A DNA stretch of 64,000 bases from a virus. Every line of letters begins with the position of its first letter. Position 1 is the stretch's first letter. The translations under genes were made by a program, and so were the position numbers. Below, in pieces: positions 57,739 to 64,000 of this stretch. A model generated the notes under the pieces. That model saw only the letters and a program-made list of their open reading frames with translations, did no database searches and was not told the DNA's origin. Location: positions 32,001 through 96,000 of the IMG/VR virus record IMGVR_UViG_3300037484_000374. One strand, written 5' to 3'.

Positions 57739-58773
57739 ATGTATACAAAAATAACAAATAAAAGACATTTAGACAATTTAAAAGAGATAGAAACCTTCCT
57801 AAAAGATAGTAACATTCCCTTTGAAGTTGATATTAATGATGAACGCATCTTTTATTTGAATGATGGTATTTTACAATTAAGGTATGTCGATACCGAAAAC
57901 TTCAAGATGGATTATACTAAAAGATTTGGTATTAAAGGTATTCCACATAATTATTTTATTGATATTACCAAGGAAAATAGAGAAAATGATATCAGAACTA
58001 TATGGATAAAGGATTGGGAAGTAGAAGAGTCAAAAACAATTGTGGATATCAACGGTGGAGAAATAAAAAATTATAGACGTAAATGGAATGTACTGCAATC
58101 ATATATAAAAACTGCCACTGGTAATATAGAAACAAGAATATATGCTAGGGATTGTGAAACAAGGGAGGTCACCAGTAAAGAATTACGGGCATTTTTAGAA
58201 ACAAATTGTTTTTATGGTTATCGTAGTGCAAATAAAAATTTGGGTTTATATTTAAAAAAAGATAAGAATGGTATTAAAAAAGGAACTCTACTGATGGTTT
58301 ATACATTCGGCTATCCTTTTTTTGGTAAAGGATTGTACGATGTCGAGGTAATTCGAGTTGGTACTAAACTCTTCTGTCAAGTTATCGGCGGCGCAAGTAA
58401 ACTATTAAAATGTTTCTTATTTCACTTTCCAGTATTGACATTTAGCAAAAGGGATGTTGATGTGAATAAGATTGTTTTTATCGTGGACGCTGACCATAAC
58501 GATGGAGGATCATTAAAAACTTTAGGGTTTAAATTTGTAAGTCATCAGGGTGCGGGATTCATGAATGTAGAGGCCGCTACAGGTAGGGTATCACAAAGAA
58601 AACCAATGCAACACAAGCTAATTATGGAAAGAATGGCAAAAGGTGAGATTTATAGTGTTGGAAATGCTGGTTCTATTATCTACACGATAGACCGTGACGA
58701 GTATATGAAAAATGTAAATCTTAAACATATACCCAAATTAACAACATGGGAAGATGATTGGTTTGATAAATGA
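57739..58773 (+). CDS. Hef-like protein: degenerate Vsr-type N-domain plus GNAT-like C-domain
   Basis: RIYARDC.REV..FLETN..G, VIGGASKLL, D.DHNDG..L..LGF. Confidence 0.65.
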   Translation: MYTKITNKRHLDNLKEIETFLKDSNIPFEVDINDERIFYLNDGILQLRYVDTENFKMDYTKRFGIKGIPHNYFIDITKENRENDIRTIWIKDWEVEESKTIVDINGGEIKNYRRKWNVLQSYIKTATGNIETRIYARDCETREVTSKELRAFLETNCFYGYRSANKNLGLYLKKDKNGIKKGTLLMVYTFGYPFFGKGLYDVEVIRVGTKLFCQVIGGASKLLKCFLFHFPVLTFSKRDVDVNKIVFIVDADHNDGGSLKTLGFKFVSHQGAGFMNVEAATGRVSQRKPMQHKLIMERMAKGEIYSVGNAGSIIYTIDRDEYMKNVNLKHIPKLTTWEDDWFDK

Positions 58774-59525
58774 ACGATGAAAACAATCATATAACAACTA
58801 AAGTATGTCGTACATGCAAAGAAGAAAAGGATATCAGTAAATTTACTAAACATAAAATTACAAGAGATGGATATAGTACACTCTGTAAAGGGTGTCAAAA
58901 ACAATACAGAATTAATAATAAAGAAAAGATTATGGAGTATGATAAACAGTATAAAATTAAAAACAAAAAAAATCTTAGTAAGAAAAAACAAAAACACTAT
59001 AATTCTTTGGCATTATACTTAACATATAAACACCAATTAACAATAGATGAAGAACCAAGATTGTCTATTGATGGAATATTTCTTGAGGTTAGGTGTAAAT
59101 ATTGTGGTTTTTATTTTAAACCAACAAACCAAGATATTTGGAATAGAGTAAAATGTATCAAAGGAACATGTACAGGTGAAAAGAATTTATATTGTTCTGA
59201 TAATTGTAAAAAATCATGTGGAACATATAGGAGACAACAATACCCAAAGGGTCACAAACAAGCAACGTCCCGTGAGGTTCAACCCCAATTAAGAAAACGA
59301 GTATTTAAAAATGACGATTGGACATGTCAAATATGTTGGTCTAAAGAAAATCTTCATTGCCACCATCTCACTGGTGTTGAGTTAGACCCTGTTGAATCAG
59401 CCGATGTTGATAATTGTATTACACTCTGTAAGGGTTGTCATAAGAAAACACATAAACTACCAGATTGTGCTTATCATGACCTCAGAAGAAAGAAATGTGA
59501 CCAGAATCAAGAAAAAGCAACATAA
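58770..59525 (+). CDS. HNH endonuclease
   Basis: CRTC..CKGC; CQIC..LHCHH..NCITLCKGCH; paralog of 24087. Confidence 0.85.
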   Translation: MNDENNHITTKVCRTCKEEKDISKFTKHKITRDGYSTLCKGCQKQYRINNKEKIMEYDKQYKIKNKKNLSKKKQKHYNSLALYLTYKHQLTIDEEPRLSIDGIFLEVRCKYCGFYFKPTNQDIWNRVKCIKGTCTGEKNLYCSDNCKKSCGTYRRQQYPKGHKQATSREVQPQLRKRVFKNDDWTCQICWSKENLHCHHLTGVELDPVESADVDNCITLCKGCHKKTHKLPDCAYHDLRRKKCDQNQEKAT

Positions 59526-59543
59526 AACATTAAGAGGTGAAAT

Positions 59544-60485
59544 ATGAAAGATGTGGATTTTAAAACACTGTGGTATGAAGATGAAGATGGTAATATATTT
59601 GTCCCTGATTTAACTGGTAATATGCCACCAGAAATACCAAAAGGGTTTATATACCAACATTCAAGGTTTATTAACAACATTAATGAAACTATATATGAGG
59701 ATATTCTACAGAGCACAGTTGATGAATGTACACATCCCGTTGCTAATGTAGTATCAACATATGGGCGGATCGATGGTATTGTTGGTCATAAATGTAATAG
59801 ATGTGGTGGTGAACAAACACCCTGTGGCACCTTTGTACCAAGCCCAAAGAAATGGGATGCTTGTGGTTCAAGACAAATTTTCTCGAGTAATAGTAGTTGG
59901 AGTATTGATCTTGTAACAGCGATGGTAAGGAACCATGGGATTAATCTCGAAAAGGCCATACAACTTGCATCTTTGTCATGTGGGCGGTGTCTTAACGTAC
60001 TCTATAGCAGATATGCACCGGAACTCGACACTGGCTATTATGAATTCAGTAATCAATGGCAAAATACAAATACTTATTGTGATATGTGTGAGGAGTATGG
60101 AACTTATAATGACCATAAGGGAAATATTTTTCTTCCAATATATCAAGATTTTTGTGTGAGAATTTCAAATGTAAATATGAGTGAAGAAACATTTGAAAAT
60201 GGTGATGGGTTGATAACATTTGATTTAGATTTTGATGATCGATACTTAACAAAACATAGGATGGCAAGAGAACAGGTAGAAATCCTTGTAGGAGAAAAGA
60301 TCATCAAAGCCCTTGAGGAATTTATTGAAAATTCTGAGGAGCCATATGATTATGATTTAGTAGCGGTAGAAGATTCTGAGTGGGACAAACTTATACCCCA
60401 TAAAAATAACAACCAAGAGGTTGACCTATCAGAAGTAGTCGAAATTTATGGTGGTATTGATGAAATACCAGATTTACCAAATTAA
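59544..60485 (+). CDS. Hypothetical Cys-rich protein with acidic tail
   Basis: 313 aa, several CxxC. Confidence 0.6.
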   Translation: MKDVDFKTLWYEDEDGNIFVPDLTGNMPPEIPKGFIYQHSRFINNINETIYEDILQSTVDECTHPVANVVSTYGRIDGIVGHKCNRCGGEQTPCGTFVPSPKKWDACGSRQIFSSNSSWSIDLVTAMVRNHGINLEKAIQLASLSCGRCLNVLYSRYAPELDTGYYEFSNQWQNTNTYCDMCEEYGTYNDHKGNIFLPIYQDFCVRISNVNMSEETFENGDGLITFDLDFDDRYLTKHRMAREQVEILVGEKIIKALEEFIENSEEPYDYDLVAVEDSEWDKLIPHKNNNQEVDLSEVVEIYGGIDEIPDLPN

Positions 60486-60486
60486 T

Positions 60487-60522
60487 AAAAACCTCTCATA
60501 TTACAAATATGGGGGGTTTTTT
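60487..60522 (+). terminator. Rho-independent terminator
   Basis: AAAAACCTCTCATAT-TACAA-ATATGGGGGGTTTTT. Confidence 0.65.
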
Positions 60523-60593
60523 GTGGTGTTTGGTTTACAAACACCACAATATGTAGTATGATTATATAATAACAACATATAAAGGAGGTTTTT

Positions 60594-60758
60594 ATGTTTA
60601 TAATTGTTCATGAGGATAATGACATAACCATGATCGAGAATATTACAGATGAACTAAAAGAATCATTTAAAATGGGGATAATCGATATTATAAACAACGA
60701 AACCCTTCAAATATTAACCGAGAATTTTGAATGGATTAATATTGAAAAAGAAGATTAG
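60594..60758 (+). CDS. Small acidic protein (54 aa)
   Basis: AGGAGG RBS; promoter TTTACA-N17-TATGAT at 60534..60562. Confidence 0.6.
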   Translation: MFIIVHEDNDITMIENITDELKESFKMGIIDIINNETLQILTENFEWINIEKED

Positions 60759-60819
60759 ATTCAAACATAAAATTTGAAAAGTGCAGGTAGCCCAAAGGGG
60801 CTTATACTAAGGAGCATAA

Positions 60820-61593
60820 ATGACACAGATACTCGTAATTCCAGACCCACATGATGATCCAGAAGAGAATAAAGATAGGTTTGAATGGGCCGGTAGATTG
60901 GTGGTTGAAAGGCAACCAGATTATATTGTATGTTTGGGCGATTGGGCCGAGATGGGATCACTATGTAGATATGACATCGGAATGGTTACCGCCGAGGGTA
61001 GACGTTACTGTGATGATATTGCATCAACACATAAATCATTGGCGTTATTCAACAAACCTATTGTGGATTACAACAATAAACTCACCCACTGGAAGAAGAA
61101 AAAATACACACCAAAAATGGTAATGTGTATTGGTAATCATGAGAACCGTATCAACACAGCGGCGGCGCAGACACCATCCCTGTATGGTACAATTACGATG
61201 GATGATCTCAAGTTTGAAGAACACGGTTGGGATGTTTATCCTATAACAAAACCAGCGATCATAGAGAATATGGCGTTTGCCCATTATTTCACATCGGGTG
61301 TTATGGGAAGACCAATATCAGGTGTTAATCATTCTCGATCATTGCTTATTAAAAACTTTCGATCTTCTGTAGTTGGACATTCTCACATGAGAGGAATGAG
61401 TGAAGAGAGAACAATAAACGGTGATAGAATACTTGGACTTGTTTGTGGTTGTTATTTCGATTACCAAATGGATTGGACAACAGAGAACGATAGGTATTGG
61501 CGAGGAATGGTTTATCTTAACGATGTTGTTGATGGAAACTGTGAACCGGAATTCCTTAGTCTGGAACATCACATAAAATTAAAATACTCATAG
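60820..61593 (+). CDS. Calcineurin-like metallophosphoesterase
   Basis: IPDPH, LGD, GNHE, AHY, GHSH. Confidence 0.88.
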   Translation: MTQILVIPDPHDDPEENKDRFEWAGRLVVERQPDYIVCLGDWAEMGSLCRYDIGMVTAEGRRYCDDIASTHKSLALFNKPIVDYNNKLTHWKKKKYTPKMVMCIGNHENRINTAAAQTPSLYGTITMDDLKFEEHGWDVYPITKPAIIENMAFAHYFTSGVMGRPISGVNHSRSLLIKNFRSSVVGHSHMRGMSEERTINGDRILGLVCGCYFDYQMDWTTENDRYWRGMVYLNDVVDGNCEPEFLSLEHHIKLKYS

Positions 61594-61620
61594 AGATTAT
61601 CCACGGAACGACAAGAAATT

Positions 61621-61875
61621 ATGTGGGCTGAATTACAAGTAGATGTTTATGATGGCCCAAATTGTGACCAGCATCGTAAATATTGGAACGCATATACCGA
61701 TGGTGATATGCAGGATGATAATTTTGAAGGTGATTTGGTATTATCACTTAAAAATTATCCACATGGGACAAAGGTAACTATATCAATCCCTGAGTGTCCA
61801 AAGTGTTATGAAACTACCGATACATGTAATTGTGGTTTTGATTGGAAAAATTGGGTAGAAGAGCAGTATAGTTAA
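61621..61875 (+). CDS. Hypothetical protein
   Basis: CPKC..CNC. Confidence 0.55.
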   Translation: MWAELQVDVYDGPNCDQHRKYWNAYTDGDMQDDNFEGDLVLSLKNYPHGTKVTISIPECPKCYETTDTCNCGFDWKNWVEEQYS

Positions 61876-62099
61876 TGAAAGAACTAATAATCACAACCCT
61901 TCCATGGTTGATATCAGTTATCACAATCTATATGATGATCGCTGTTGGTAATAAAAATCGTACTGGTTGGGTTATCGGGATGATATGCCAGGTTTTGTGG
62001 GGGGTATGGTCTGTTACGACAGAGAGTTGGGGTTTCGTACCATTAAATATTTTCATGTGGGTTATTTGCATCAGGAATTTTTATAAGTGGAAAAAATAG
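61875..62099 (+). CDS. Small three-TM membrane protein (PnuC-like half)
   Basis: GNK..GWVIG..Q.LW..WGF..N. Confidence 0.55.
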   Translation: MKELIITTLPWLISVITIYMMIAVGNKNRTGWVIGMICQVLWGVWSVTTESWGFVPLNIFMWVICIRNFYKWKK

Positions 62100-62149
62100 G
62101 AGAAGGTGGAAAGAGGGGAAACTTTTGTTACCCCCCCCCCTTTTTTTGT

Positions 62150-62356
62150 TTATACACCAGTTACCGCTGACAACCAACCTTTGGCCAAGCCTATAATCCC
62201 ACCGGCCTGGACGATACCACCAATAAAACAGACAAGACCCCATGCTCCAATACACAAAGCCCCAAATAATCCAATACCCACTGCCATACCGGAAACCACA
62301 TCAGTTCCAACACCATCCATTACCAATAAACTCGTTCTTACTTTTGCTTTTTCCAT
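62150..62356 (-). CDS. Small Gly-rich membrane protein
   Basis: IGAWGLVCFIGG..GLAKGWLSAVTG; AGGAG RBS; minus-strand TATAAATA at 62401..62408. Confidence 0.65.
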   Translation of the reverse strand: MEKAKVRTSLLVMDGVGTDVVSGMAVGIGLFGALCIGAWGLVCFIGGIVQAGGIIGLAKGWLSAVTGV

Positions 62357-62529
62357 AATAATCTCCTTGTTAAAATTAATCTTAATACCATTATACTATA
62401 TATTTATATAAATGTAAATAATTTATTGTAACATTTTCAGATACTTATATGTAAATTTAAGCTGTGATGATTACCACAATATAGCACTGTTAGAATTATA
62501 AGAAACTATAATTGTAAAGACTATCATAG

Positions 62530-62558
62530 TTGACACACAATATAAAATAGTGTATACT
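62530..62558 (+). promoter_or_regulatory. Sigma70-type promoter for the ligase
   Basis: TTGACA-N17-TATACT. Confidence 0.65.
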
Positions 62559-62635
62559 TGGTTTATAAACAATTATAATAAGAGGTATCAAACAGCATTT
62601 GGCCCTGATTGGAAAATTGGGTGGGAGGAAACATA

Positions 62636-63691
62636 ATGGAAAAAGATTATTCAATAAAATACCTTAAATATTGTGATGACCTTTATTATAATACTGGTAC
62701 ATCACCTATTTCTGACACGGAATATGATGAAATAAAAACATATCTGAGGATGCAGAATCCTTCTGATGTATATTTCCAGACAGTCGGTGCGCCGGTGAAG
62801 AGTGGGAAGATTAAACTTCCATACATCCTTGGTTCGCTGAACAAGGTAAAATATGATGGCTCCACTGAGAAGTGGATGAAAGAAAAACTGAAAACCAATG
62901 ACACCCTCTTAGCGTCATCAAAGCTGGACGGTGTTTCTATTTATGTAACCTATGATAAGGGTGAGGTTGTTGCGGCATCCACAAGGGGTGATGGTTACGA
63001 GGGAAAAGATATTACCGATAAAGCAAAAGTGTTTTGTGGGCGATCTACTTATAGTGGTCGTTTTGAGGTAAGGGGGGAAGCCCTTCTTACTGGTGATACT
63101 CATGAATCCCTTGGATTTAAAACACGAAGGAACGGTGTGGCTGGTATTCTAAACACAGATGAGGATATTGATAACAGGGTTCAATTTATAGATGCTATAT
63201 ATTATGAACTCTTATCATCTGATCAGGGTTTACCAACCACAGAACTTGGTAGGTTTTTGCGTATTTCAGAATATGGTCTTGGTCTTCCAGAACATACATT
63301 GATTGAAAAAGAAGATGCCACTGAGGAGTATCTTGCAGAAATACTTGGAGAATATAAGAATCATGCTATCTATGATATTGATGGTATTGTCCTTGCAGTT
63401 AATAATAGTGAGAGAGAAGATGTTTATTATCCAGAGGACAAGGTGGCTTTTAAGAATTCAGATGGCGCGGTAAAAACAACAGTTATCAGTGTTGAATGGA
63501 GTGTTGGTAGAACTGGTAGGGTAATACCTACGGTATTAGTTAAACCAATAGAGATACAAGGTGTTACTATATCAAGAGCCACGGGTTTTAATGCCAAATA
63601 TATACAAGATCATAGAATTCAAAAAGGTACAGAACTGTACATTCAAAGAGCAGGGGATGTTATACCCCACATTACAGAGGTTATTTCTTAA
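62636..63691 (+). CDS. ligA: NAD+-dependent DNA ligase, short form (domain Ia, adenylation and OB only)
   Basis: YY..PISDTEYD, KLDG, TRGDG, EVRGE, IDGIV, GRTG, RAGDVIP. Confidence 0.9.
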   Translation: MEKDYSIKYLKYCDDLYYNTGTSPISDTEYDEIKTYLRMQNPSDVYFQTVGAPVKSGKIKLPYILGSLNKVKYDGSTEKWMKEKLKTNDTLLASSKLDGVSIYVTYDKGEVVAASTRGDGYEGKDITDKAKVFCGRSTYSGRFEVRGEALLTGDTHESLGFKTRRNGVAGILNTDEDIDNRVQFIDAIYYELLSSDQGLPTTELGRFLRISEYGLGLPEHTLIEKEDATEEYLAEILGEYKNHAIYDIDGIVLAVNNSEREDVYYPEDKVAFKNSDGAVKTTVISVEWSVGRTGRVIPTVLVKPIEIQGVTISRATGFNAKYIQDHRIQKGTELYIQRAGDVIPHITEVIS

Positions 63692-63988
63692 TACAAGACC
63701 ACCCCCCCCATGTCATATTATACCCATTATTTTTGGAAAGAGAATTATATTGTCTTATATAATGAATCTCCATCTCATCGAGTTCTTCTTTTGTCTCACA
63801 TTCACATAACATTTCCCATGAAAAAACTTTCCCAACCATATTTGCGAATTGCGCTATATAGATACCTGTACATGGCTCTTTTTCTTTCTGATTCATATAA
63901 ATGTTGTGATTGTCTCACAGATAAATCATATTTTGTTTGGCCAATATAATTTTTGGTTTACATTGTTAGTTATTTTGTATATAATCAT
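63681..63988 (-). pseudogene. GIY-YIG endonuclease remnant with two frameshifts
   Basis: MIIYKITN / YIGQT..R..H..AIRKYG / E..E..YI..GYNMT in three successive frames. Confidence 0.8.
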
Positions 63989-64000
63989 AATATAGACTCG

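Noticed and set aside
62106-62411. Pro-rich plus-strand ORF
   Set aside because: Antisense shadow of the Gly-rich minus-strand gene, which has the RBS and promoter
90-63949. Many short antisense or nested ORFs in the track (e.g. 3008, 29514, 46147, 55411)
   Set aside because: They overlap well-supported genes and show no RBS or motifs

Overview
This is a 64-kb, AT-rich segment of a large T4-like contractile-tailed phage (myovirus). Positions 1-13.5 kb (minus strand) hold a replication module: UvsW, UvsY, a DHH phosphoesterase, a two-piece family B DNA polymerase, clamp gp45, clamp loader gp44/gp62, HU and a PgpH-like HD phosphodiesterase. Positions 13.5-44 kb (plus strand) hold packaging, neck, tail and baseplate genes under TATAAATA late promoters. 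Positions 42.9-64 kb hold late sigma gp55, gp46/47, UvsX, two glycosyltransferases, an RNA ligase, ThyX and an NAD+ ligase under sigma70-type promoters. Portal, protease and major capsid genes are not in the window. Selfish elements are dense: a naturally split intein in UvsW, a class 3 LAGLIDADG intein in PIN-PhoH, three HNH genes, a dead GIY-YIG, and five copies (3 intact, 2 decayed) of a tandem zinc-ribbon-repeat/PD-(D/E)XK endonuclease whose paralogs share identical DNA blocks. The other notable features are a set of late genes with T4-type capsid-targeting-like N-termini (including RimK-like and SprT-like enzymes), an atypical tRNA-Gly-like gene, and a predicted -1 frameshift joining gp26 to gp51. 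All protein calls come from motif recognition and synteny by eye; no database searches were run.
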